This document shows, in pieces, positions 1-41,938 of a stretch of DNA of 64,000 nucleotides (its first letter is position 1; the number at the start of each line of letters is the position of its first letter). This DNA comes from Phoronis australis (lineage: Eukaryota; Animalia; Phoronida): contig NMRA01000282.1 of the NCBI GenBank assembly GCA_002633005.1, forward strand, positions 101,858 through 165,857, given 5' to 3'. The translations under genes and the position numbers were made by a program. The notes under the pieces were generated by a model. The model saw only the letters and a list, made by a program, of their open reading frames with translations, searched no databases and was not told the DNA's origin.

Positions 1-411
1 GATTTCCATTTCAACGTGTAATAGATTTCCAGAAGACATATGATAGGGAGTAAACAAATAGTCTAATGCAATGGATATTTATCACTCACGTACCCTTTGC
101 CATTGGGATTGGATTGTAATCTTAACTCAAATTTAACCTGTATCGAGTTGACAGCATAAATATTCAGCATTGATTGATGTAACTGCCACTGATAAACTTT
201 TAGAAATCATTCCAAACAATAATAATGCTTTGATGTACGAAAAGATCCCGATTGCTACGTCCAGTATCGTATCACATATCACAACATACAAAGATTAACC
301 AGACTCTGGCTGGCGACTGACTGCAGCGAAGTCGACATCGGCGAATGTCTCAGTTAACAGGCATCGGTAGAATAATCATGGAATAATCGTTAAAATGATC
401 ACAAACCTTAC

Positions 412-500
412 CTTTGTATGAGGTCGTGCTTACTTCCCCTCATAGAAGCACCCTTTTTACGCAATCTCAGATTCAGTTGGCACGGCTGCAAGCCATTTCA
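412..500 (-). pseudogene. Possible degenerate SAP-domain-like exon remnant
   Basis: Minus strand reads ...QLNLRLRKKGASMRGSKHDLIQR followed by a strong donor (AG|gtaagg). This resembles the SAP consensus (LK.eLr.rGl..sG.KadLieRL). No intact continuation was found. Confidence 0.25.
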
Positions 501-1162
501 CCATGTATTTAAAGGGCTTGTGAAATCGAGGCTGTTAATCTATGACCACTAGTACACGCACGCCCTCTAGTTGTTGTAGATTTTCCGAATAGCCCCATTG
601 TACATCTTGTGGAGCTGTAAAAGCGTTTGGCCATATGTTTGTTGAACATAAAATTGTTATTTGTTAAAGCCTTGTGGCAGGACATTCAGATGTTACTAAC
701 CAACATAGGTACACAACATAATTCAAACTTCGGCAACGGTGTGATATTGAGTGCATATTTTGGATGAGATTTTGAACAGGTCAATAGTGTACGGTAACCA
801 TATGCCAATATTTTTTATCCGTGTACTAAGAACCAAACTATACCCATCTACATAGCATTTAAATACAATCTTTGTAAAGTTCTATATTGTCATTAGAATA
901 GTCTACTTGTGAGAAATGTGAAACCCCATCATACAGTCTTTTGGGGAAACCCTAAACAGTTATTTGAAGCAGTAGTAAAGAAAAAACAAACCGCATCTAC
1001 CTATTAACTTGAAGCATGAATGTGTGTGTTGGATAGATTTTTGAAAACACCAGTGTACAGTGAAGAAATATTATTATCACGAGGTAATGACATTTTTCTA
1101 CTTTATTCTTAGATGAGGTAAACAACTTGCAATCTCGTGTGTGAGTGGCTGCCTGTACAAAA

Positions 1163-1618
1163 ATGGATTCTGGTTGCCACAGAAACATCCTCCATCAGCC
1201 CGTTTTGTCATTTGAGAGTCCGTTGTCAGTGCCCTCTCAAGGACAAGATGGAAATGGTCAGTTTTCTGAAGAGTCGGCCATCTCGTTTAAAGAAATGTTG
1301 AGTCGTGGTAGTGAAAAACAGCATGCTGATGGCGGCAACATTTTTGCTAGCCTCTGTGATGATGATAACAGCGAGGATCTTGTCATTGATATGCACATCC
1401 TGTCACCAGATGTCAGGCAAGTGGATTCCATGACAACTGTTGCCCATGACAACCATAATCAAGATGCCGTGGTGGACAGTCTCCAGCTTCTGAGAACATG
1501 TGCCGAAACTGATGCTGATACGACACTGCATAAAATACAGGAAAATGTGAAGTGTAGTGAAGGCACTGCTTCTACTGTTTTCATGAAAAAGAGCCCCATT
1601 GAAGTATTTAAAGAAAAG
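1163..1618 (+). CDS. C2H2 zinc-finger protein, first coding exon (acidic/low-complexity N-terminus)
   Basis: Acceptor ttcttag at 1112, in-frame TGA at 1142-1144, ATG at 1163, then 152 open codons ending ...IEVFKEK|gtagta (phase 0). This phase matches the acceptor at 2976. The donor is weak. Confidence 0.6.
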
Positions 1619-2976
1619 GTAGTATGAACAACAACTAGTTTTAGTTTTTATTACATGATTTGGACAGATTATGAAGTTATAAACATATATGTCGGTATTA
1701 ATAATTTTTCATATTGACTGCTTGTACCTTCACATTCATGGGTAGCTCTGGTAATGCCATTTTAATTCCTTCTAAAAAGTTTTTTGTGATGTAATAGAGA
1801 TCTTCCTGTCCACATGCCGCTACTTCACCACTGTGCCACCAGCACATCACCGATGCCGGAACACTAAGCCTTTTTATACCATCCAAATACTGACGTTGAT
1901 ATACCATGATATATATAAACTAATCGGTGAATGCAAACCTCCATCAAGGCATTGCAGTTCCTTCTGTTATGTTGTGTTTTTAAAGTCACACTAAAGTGTT
2001 CTCTGGCTGTTAATTCATGTCATTTGCATGGACAGACTACAACAAATGCACACGTTTAGCATACTGACACACAGCCTACAATCACATTGATATAACCTAA
2101 TGGCGTTTGTTGATTGTTTTGCATTAAAAATGTTATATGTCAGCAAAACATGATATCCTTTCCAAATATAATTGGTTGTTCCTTTGTCAATGCAAGCATC
2201 TCCTAGCAGTTTTTTCAAAATCTCCACAATGTTTTGGGTAAAAAACTGGTAGCTGACTGATGGAATGAGTGATCGACATACTTATAGCCTCCTTCCATGA
2301 ATTACTTACTGGATGAAATATCATGATACAATCATTGACTTTACACTCAGTCAATATGATGGTTTTCAGGTCCGTCCGAAAGTATGGTAATGATCGAGGC
2401 TGAGTCGAGGTCATTATCACATTTTGGGGTCTTAAAACTAACATTGACCTCTGTGAAAGTCAATTGTGTAGTAATAAATTCATCTAAAGACTGAATGTTG
2501 ATGCCAGTCCAACACCTTATGATATGAAAACAAATGTTAAGAGAGACAATACCCGATGTCTTGCCTCCCAAGGATGAATTGTAGCAGTTCCTTGTTTTGA
2601 TAGTGTTGTGTATTTAATTGATGTTGATAAATAAAATAATGTTACAACTATTCTATGTCCTGCAAGTGGTGCTTCTGTAGTTTTGTTTTTTTCAAAAGAG
2701 AGTTCCATTCAAGTTTTCAAAGAGACTGTGAACTACAGCTTCTAGTTTTGTTTTTTAATAAATTCACCTGAAACTTTTGTAATGTCCATAAGTTGGCAAG
2801 AATAGTTATTCAACAATTTAATTCAAAACCAGGTAGAGCATCTTTGCATCTATGTTTTCGTGACTTGTTTGGGACAGACAATCAAGACTTACTGCAAAAA
2901 TCATGTGTAAGTATATTATGTACTATAACCTTCCAAGGTCTAATCCCTGAAATTTACTTATTCTGTTTTATTTCAG

Positions 2977-4335
2977 ATCGCCCAGTTTGCTGTTGACTTC
3001 AAAGTCCAGTTTGTGGTGTTTGGTTGCATTGGTGACACTCCAAGACAACCATTCTCACACGCTGTTGGCTGTGATGCCCTTAAGTTTCACAAAACACACC
3101 ACTGCCAAGAAACCTTCCAACAGTTCTGTGAAGGACTCCTCAGCAAGCCAGCCTCCAATCATGCTCCACCAGATGTCACTTGCAGCGACAGTCCAACAGT
3201 TGGTAAAACACTTGATATCAAATCTAAAAAGAGGAAAAGAAAAACATATAAATGTGCCAACTCCAACAAAAAGCATGCCAATTTTTTGAAATCTTGTAGT
3301 TTGAAAGTTTTGCGCTTGGCTAAAGTTCAAACAGAGACTCCAAAACCAGAACAAAGGGAAATACTCCAAGAAAAAAAGAAAAAGTTGCCACCAGATAAGC
3401 CGTTATTGACTGCAGAGTCGGAGCTTGATAGTTTTCAAAAGTTCCGCTGCAAGCTCTGCGATTACAGAACTCATTTCAAGAAAAATCTTCAAGAGCATGA
3501 GACAGTTCACTTGAAGCCATCAAAGAAATGCACTTTCTGCAACATGGCATTCACAAACGAAGATGAGCTTCGATGGCACGAAAAATTCACTCATAGATGT
3601 TCAAACTGTGAGAATACATTCTCCTCATTGATGGAACTGAGAGCCCATGAACAACTCCACAAAGTGGATAAGCTCATCTGCAAGTTCTGCAACAGGAAGT
3701 TCACCCGTGTTGACTCGCTTGAGCGTCACGTGTCCATTCACAAAGGAAGCAGACCTCACCGGTGTGTCACGTGTAACAAGTCATTCACACGGCTAGATTC
3801 GCTGCAGAAGCATCAGCTAGTTCACCAGCCACAGCGGCCGTACGTCTGTGACGTCTGCGGTAAGGGACTGACAAGACTTGAGTATCTTATTTCTCACAAA
3901 CGGATACACTCTGGCGATCGTCCGTTCATGTGTGAGAACTGTGGGAAACAGTATTACAGTATGACAGAACTGAACAAACATAACAAGCGTTGTTCGTTCA
4001 TGGGGATTGGACAGCCAATGCGCCATCAAAACCAACCAACAGGTAGCAGCAGTAGTCAACAGCAAATCCAACCATCTGAAAGCGAATCATTGTTCGATGT
4101 TCCAGTTGATTTCACCTCCTTTTCCATTCCTGAAGCATTCTTGACTCACAACAGTACGTATAGTGTAGATGGCACACAGATTTCTGGAGCCGGTGATAAT
4201 TCGGCTGCGTATTCTCCCAAACCGTGTGGGGGTGGCTCGGGAATCATTGCCCAATCTTTGAATGGAGTTTATGCAAATGAGGAATCAGATGAATCAAACT
4301 TCTTGGGTTCATACTTTCACGAGTCTATGTGGTGA
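2977..4335 (+). CDS. C2H2 zinc-finger transcription factor, main/terminal exon (6 C2H2 + 1 terminal C2HC finger)
   Basis: Polypyrimidine tract + ttttatttcag acceptor at 2976 in frame with ORF 3013-4335. Tandem CxxC-x12-HxxxH motifs with Kruppel-like linkers (HSGDRPF, HKGSRPH), a basic KKRKRK NLS-like patch, and TGA at 4333-4335. Confidence 0.93.
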   Translation: MAQFAVDFKVQFVVFGCIGDTPRQPFSHAVGCDALKFHKTHHCQETFQQFCEGLLSKPASNHAPPDVTCSDSPTVGKTLDIKSKKRKRKTYKCANSNKKHANFLKSCSLKVLRLAKVQTETPKPEQREILQEKKKKLPPDKPLLTAESELDSFQKFRCKLCDYRTHFKKNLQEHETVHLKPSKKCTFCNMAFTNEDELRWHEKFTHRCSNCENTFSSLMELRAHEQLHKVDKLICKFCNRKFTRVDSLERHVSIHKGSRPHRCVTCNKSFTRLDSLQKHQLVHQPQRPYVCDVCGKGLTRLEYLISHKRIHSGDRPFMCENCGKQYYSMTELNKHNKRCSFMGIGQPMRHQNQPTGSSSSQQQIQPSESESLFDVPVDFTSFSIPEAFLTHNSTYSVDGTQISGAGDNSAAYSPKPCGGGSGIIAQSLNGVYANEESDESNFLGSYFHESMW

Positions 4336-5209
4336 ATTTGGATGATTTTCATGGTGATTTCTGTCCTTTTTTCTGGCCATTTGTAATTTAATTATATTTC
4401 CATCTAGCTCTTTATTGAAATCTGCTTTTATTAGGTATTTCTTCGTGTATTTTTGTTATGTTTAAAATTTAATTTTGCATTCTGTCCAATGGACCATTTC
4501 AATTTTGTGTACATGTAAGTGAATGCATAATACCCCCCCCCCCATGAACTAATACAACACCACTTTCATTCAAAGTTATTTACCCTCAATGCAACACTTG
4601 CCTTGAGCAATTGTCCTACTTCTTCAAAATTGTTATGCGGACACCACGAAAGTGATAAAAATGGCAAATATCTGTGTTGGATGCACAATTTATCATCTTC
4701 CCTTGTCAATCAACTAAGGAATGTATGTCAATCGTGCAATACATTTCTCTACCTCTGCAGGTAGAGTTCAATCCAGGCTGGGCATATTGTTCAATTTACG
4801 TTACGTTATGTAATAATTTAATTTTTACTTTTTAGAAATGTGGTATTGTTTCTATAGTTTTTGCACTTTTTTGATTTCAATCACTCGAGCCCTCCTTTGA
4901 CTCGACATATTTTTGATGATTTTTATTTTATTTTATTAATTATTTTATACGACTTTTGCGTTATTATTTGTAGTCAGGGTGACAGTATTACATTCCATTC
5001 AAACTTGCTGGCTGTTTTGTAGTTTTAAACACCAGTGTGTTTTTTCTTTGTAAACAGTGCAGTATATTCATCTGTCCATCAAACGAGGTAATTTTTGACT
5101 AATTTTTAGTATATAATTTTAGTTTTGTAGCTACATTAAAGAAATGTGTTGTAAATTGATCACTCGATTGCCATCACAAACATTGGCATATTTAGTGGTA
5201 ATAATCACT

Positions 5210-5312
5210 ATAGTCACTTACAAAGGTTCTCGCATTTTGAGAACCAGTTCTATCTACTGAAGAGCAGGTATCAAACTGGTTCTCAAAATCCGGGGTCGCT
5301 GTAAGTGGCTAT
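5210..5312. mobile_element. ~100 bp palindromic MITE, copy 1
   Basis: TIR atagtcacttaca...tgtaagtggctat plus inner inverted pair ttttgagaaccagtt/aactggttctcaaaa. Related copies at 29753-29843 and 35665-35762. Confidence 0.75.
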
Positions 5313-7094
5313 TGTCTGTTTAGCCATAGGAGTCTTGAAAACCTGTGGCATATGGTCACATAATTATGAGTAATGGCCTCGATATTCACCAGATGATGCC
5401 AATGACATAAGCTCTATCTTTTTAACATCTCAATAGATTGACAACAGAAAGCATTGCCGTCAGCAATATTGGAAGATTCATAGGATACATGTAAGTGTAT
5501 GAAGGCATCACTTTATTGTAGGCATTTCTATGGTTATCTCCCTTCCTGCACAAGCACCACCTGTTGAATTTCAAGTTTCTAGTTACCCAAGCTGTCATCT
5601 ACTGACTGTATGTTCAAACTTGACTTGGCAGAATATGGCATAGGGCTGCTGATTACTATATTTTTACTAATACAGTATTTTTACTGTTATCTTTTATTGA
5701 TTCTTCAACATGGGTGGGTATGGATGGAAATCGATTTGTGCAATCCACATATGAAAAATCTACTAAAGAAACGTGTATAAATGTTAGCCCTGTTTGCATA
5801 AGTGGGTTGTTTTCCCAAGTGCATTGATCTTTCAGCTAACTGAGCAACCTCATATTTTAGCCAGGAGTCTGTACATAAACCTGTGGTCTTTCACCAGTCT
5901 GCTGCACAATGGTCAAAACTGGCTGAATGCAAGTGGGGAAGCTAATTTTTAAAAAAACATTGAAGATGAAACTCTCAACACCCTTCATGTAATCAGCCCT
6001 TTTGCTATCACTATTTTACCAGTTCTATCGCTAGTGCCAGGGTACTGGGGAAGAATTTTGACTTCACAAAAATAATACCTATTCTGTTCTCAGTTTTACT
6101 TTTTCCATTAATTTAATGTATACACGATGTAGTTTTGCAACTTTGGGATTGAAACCAAAGCTAACGATTCCTCCTTTGGTCATTGATGAAGCACAGAATA
6201 CTAACTGAATGTTGTCAGAACCATAAACAATTGCGGGCCCACAGCCCGTACGATTATTTCCAATCAAAAGCACAATAAGTGTAATTTCACTCTAGAGAAG
6301 GATGGCATATTTTGAGACGATTTCAGGAATTTACACACAGCTAATCGGGGTCCCCCATACTTGGGCCAGCACTACAACACCTACAATTCTTAGAACACCA
6401 ATTACTCAGTGACGCTCCGCTCTCTTGACCCTTCACATATTGAAAATGGGTGTGCCCAACACAAACTTTCGCACCACCTGAAGTCAGAGCTTCCAGTAGG
6501 AACATGCATAATGTTTATGGTTAAGGTGCCTCTAAAACAGCTGTGAATGCAGACACAGAACGTGCAGGGCCAGTAACACGTATGCTATGCCTACATTATT
6601 AATCAGTGGCTGTCTATACTTGTGCATGTACTGGGGAGGAAACTATTGAATGGGAACCAAATTCCTCACTCAAACCCAAGTACACACCTGGAATTTGTTC
6701 ACTGGGTATGAATTATTTTCAGTGTGTGTGTAGTTTAGGGGCACGGGTATGGAATTACTATCACAAGTTCGGTGTTTGCTGGTCTGGGACTGAGATTTAG
6801 GGGATCCAAGCTGGAATTCAGAGGCATGTACACGGAATCGTTTCCACCACCAGATGTCTCTGATCGTACAAGTACAAACTTGGCGATACATAATTCCATA
6901 CTCAAACACTTCTGATCACCAGTTGCACTTTCGAACTCTATGAATACAGTACAGAAACACTTCACACGTGTTCCTCAGCCGAGCTGGGGAAATGGGACAC
7001 AATCGCCATCTTGTTGCATAACTTTGGCATAAGGTCTGTAGCCTTGCACCTGGAGAACTAAGAGACTTTGGACTTTCAGGCGAGGTTCAATGCA

Positions 7095-7100
7095 TTTATT
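7095..7100 (-). terminator. Candidate AATAAA polyadenylation signal of the receptor gene (would imply ~2.9 kb 3'UTR)
   Basis: tttatt on + (AATAAA on -) downstream of the stop at 9970. Motif only, no transcript evidence. Confidence 0.3.
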
Positions 7101-7658
7101 TCAAGACAACACGCAAACTCCCCACAGTATTTATATGTACTTTCGACCACATACAATTTTTTTTTTGTTGTGTTAAAATATTCTGTAGTGGAAAACCATC
7201 AGAAATTCCCATGAAATGTCACCATGTGCATTGCCCGGGTTAGACAAATCGTGTTGATTAATTTCCACTGTTGACCTGGTACAGAAAAGCACTTTGAATA
7301 TTATTATAAAATGTATTTCCTAAAATGAAAACTACAGAAAACATGAATACTGAATCTATTTTCGTTATAGAATTGGATCATCCAGTTCAGTTTGTCACCT
7401 GTCATGATCGCAAACATAGGCGCAAGATAAATTTCTACATTGTCTGCAACAGATCTGACACCTAGTCTAATACATAAATTTACAAATCAATGTGAACGCA
7501 AGCATCTCTTAGCAAAATAAACCGTGGATAAGATGACGTTATTGAAAGGCAATATCGAAACAGTACTGTTGATAATAGATGGACAAAAACATTTCTTATT
7601 CCGAGTGGGGGAAATACAATGAATTTAGTAGCTTATGACAGAATCAAAAATAGTAAGG

Positions 7659-7738
7659 TGGGTCCATTGATAGTCATAAGGTTATGACACCAGTATCATG
7701 GGTCCATTGATAGTCATAAGGTTATGACACCAGTATCA
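7659..7738. repeat. Exact 40-bp tandem duplication
   Basis: tgggtccattgatagtcataaggttatgacaccagtatca x2. Confidence 0.9.
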
Positions 7739-9969
7739 TTCTATTAATAAAAGCAGTGGTGTCTGAAAAATGTGTCGAGTTAAGGGCAACCAAAGTCAAA
7801 CATTTAAAACAATCTCTTCGAAAATTGTTCAGTTGAACAATCATATAGGTCAATGGCGATAAAGGCAGCAACATGAATGATTGCAAAAATACTATAGTGC
7901 AACAACAGTACAGGAGCTGTACAGTAAAATCTCTCCAATATCAGACAAAAATAACATCCAAATTTGACCTTTTCACTTTTTAAAGGTTTCTAACATTGTT
8001 GCAAACGTACACGATTTCTCAAAACATCATCTGATGCCAGCAATGGTAAAAAACTTTAAAATGATAAACCACTTATCTGGAGTTACTTTTTTATGAAAAA
8101 AATGAAAGAGTGCTCATGCCCAAATTCATCTGCCGTAAATCTGACATTTTAACGTAGCACTGAAACATCAGATCCTTTCAAAAAAAGAAAATAACAGCAT
8201 CTTTAATGGCCATGTGCTTGAAAACAAAAACTTTAAAACATCACCTTTCGACATTGCTTTCATTCATAAAACGTATAATTTTCAGCAACAAGAAACAAAA
8301 CAGTTCCTACAAAACAATTTCAAAAACGGCAATGCTCACCTTGTTGAACTCGGCAAACCATGTGAACTTCAAATACTAATTTGAAGCAAAATCCAGTAAA
8401 ATAACTTGAATTCTGACAGTGAATGCAAGTACAGTTAATAAGTTGAAAGAGTCAAAAACGTGAAAATTAATGTTCCACTTTCTGAAAAACCTGTGCAACT
8501 GTCACAGGGGCCCATTTCTCGAATAGCCTATTGCCTTTAGTTTTTAGCTAGCCAGAAACCTGACCATGAATAGCCTAACGTTGATTTTTCTGTCTTGTCC
8601 AGCAGACTAAAGATTTCTGTCCCCAGTCATACGTCGGGTCATTCTAGCTACCCCGGTGGCAAATTCTGTTCGCACTTAGCGGTCATGACAGGGAATTCCA
8701 CTCACGCTCAGCCATCACCACCAGGAATTCGGGGTCATTTTGACCGATTGCTTATCGAGTGTAGTGTACCTACATTCATTGACACTTAATCAGACTGAGA
8801 CTGAGAGGACATACTATATATAGAAATAAACAAAGAGAGGTAAATGCACCCTGAACATGTTATGTTGTGCCACAGCTACTTTAAGAAGCCGCCACACACT
8901 TACTGGATGAAACTAGAAATTATGGTGTGCGCCACCTGGTGACTGCCTGGTGAAGGGTAGTGCTTCAAACCAACAAATCGAGAAATACATTCAACTCGAG
9001 AACTGCATTCATCATTAAACGATACCAACATTGTCAAACATAAAGATCTAAATATGTGAAAATTTGACTTAAAGGAGAACATTTTGCTAAACAAACTGAT
9101 TTGAAACGAATCTGACTTCCTGGGTTTCTCAACCTCGTTAACACAATTTATGTAGCTGGTTCTTCTGAGCTCGCAATACACATGCCTAGTAAATGCACCA
9201 GTTTCTTTGAGTACACATTCATTAACGGTCATGAATAACACATGGAAATACAGACCTTAGTGAATACACAATATAACACCAATGCTGTACATTCATCCAT
9301 GGGTCCAGTTCAAGGACTCTGGCATAGTTCCCACAAATATCGTGCTTTCCATTTCCATGGGTATTCCAAGTTTTCCATGTTATTATTTATGTATTCCTAC
9401 ACTTGTTTATCCAAGAAAAACGTAGACAGTCAGTAATTTTTGTTTAAAATGTTACCACACATAAGAGAGTCCAACCAATTGCTCACTTTCCATAAGTTTT
9501 TCTAGCATGGAAACTACTTTAACCCTTTTTCAAGTTCTTCATTAGAGTGGAAACCAGGTCAGAGCCAATGTAAGTGAATGCTTTCTCAGGACTCTATCCA
9601 TTGCCTATTTATATATTGTTGAATAAAATACAATACAATACAATACATCAACAATTAAATACATAGACAATTAAATACATCGCATGCAGGTCTGCACCAA
9701 CTTGTATAAAGTGCTTAAATTGCGCGTCGTCTCCTGTTGTGTTTAGGGACTCTCCAACAACCCTCCGATCTTATTGGACGACGACTCGTGGGCGTGTGAG
9801 TCCAATCAATAACAAATACTCTTACGTTGTGCCAAGACACCCAAACCACAGTTCATCCACACAATTTGGTGGCAGGTATCCATTTACTAGCAATGACTAG
9901 AAACGTCACGTTGCCGTGTGTGTGTATTTGTGTCTAGAACATGCAACCCACTTGCTCCACGCGACATCT

Positions 9970-40823
<30,854 letters not shown>

Positions 40824-41147
40824 CTGAAAAATATCAAATTATCACATTAGCACTGACGTGAATAGACAGCATTTCAGAAGGTAGGCAACATCACGGGTAC
40901 ATGAAAGCAGTCCACCCAACAGAGATCAGGCTACTGGGTAAGAATGGCTAACACAACGGTAAAATTTCCTAAACTATCGTACTCATCCGGGTTAACGCTC
41001 AGGCAATTCAAATATTGAGGAACACATTTTCGGCTACTTTTGTAAATTTCCGGAGTCGCCGAAGAAAGTTTCGGCCCACTGCATAACACGAGAGAAAACG
41101 TCACAAAACAGCGGTGTTTCTATTTAATTCGTAAGTGATCAACTTAC

Positions 41148-41350
41148 CAAACTTTGTGATGGAGAAATGTGTTTATTTTTCGCGTAAGATGTCCTAATTA
41201 CATGTATCAAATATCCACGACAATATCCCTGATATCTCACTGCTGCACTGGTCGTGACTTAGAGATGTGCGTCTCGTTTTTTTATCGCCTAAGACAGCCA
41301 ACGTGAAAATGACAACTTTATCAATCGCCAAAGGACGGCCACGTCTTTAC
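41148..41350 (-). other. Candidate upstream (possibly non-coding) exon/promoter region of the receptor
   Basis: Perfect donor TTG|gtaagt at 41147 in CpG-enriched sequence. No ATG in frame with the next exon; the 5' limit is arbitrary. Confidence 0.3.
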
Positions 41351-41697
41351 TTTCAGTTGCCTAGCAATTCTCTAACCTCTTTACTTGTTTCTCGGGCTAC
41401 GTGCGCGAAATAGGATTTGTCATTCACACGTTGTTGCCAACATAAAGTGTAGGCCTACTCCAGCGATTCAAGTGCATAAACTCGCACGTGCGCACCACTT
41501 CAAAGCTGCATATCAAAAGAGAACAGTGACGTCCTAAAGGAAAGTATATACCGGCTTGGCTGTTAAGCACCCGGGTACGTGCCAGTGCTTTATTTGAATA
41601 TGAACTCATAGATTCCCGGCGGTTATAAAAGACCCGACGCTTTACGATATTCCCCGGGACCGATATAACCCAGAACTGATATTTTCCTGTGACGATG

Positions 41698-41938
41698 CAT
41701 GTGCGCACCCAGCCTTCATTATAGGGGGCTCGTATTCCAAACGTTGTGGACTTGTTTTGGTAACAAAACAGCTGGCGGATTAATAAAAAATGGGTGCACC
41801 ACTGTGAATTGCGCGTTTGTACCGGACTTTGTCTCATTTTCTCGGACTTTTTGTTTCCTATGGGCGGACCTTTTTGCCCACTTTGCCAAATGGGGGGGCT
41901 CCTTCGAGCCCCCCCGAGCCCCCCTGGGTGTGCGCATG
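41698..41938. mobile_element. GC-rich MITE with 15-bp TIRs and 5-bp TSD
   Basis: catgtgcgcacccag...ctgggtgtgcgcatg, flanked on both sides by cgatg (41693-41697, 41939-41943). Confidence 0.85.

Noticed and set aside
1698-2571. Several minus-strand ORFs within the zinc-finger intron
   Set aside because: Short, in different frames, with no recognisable domain or consistent splice structure.
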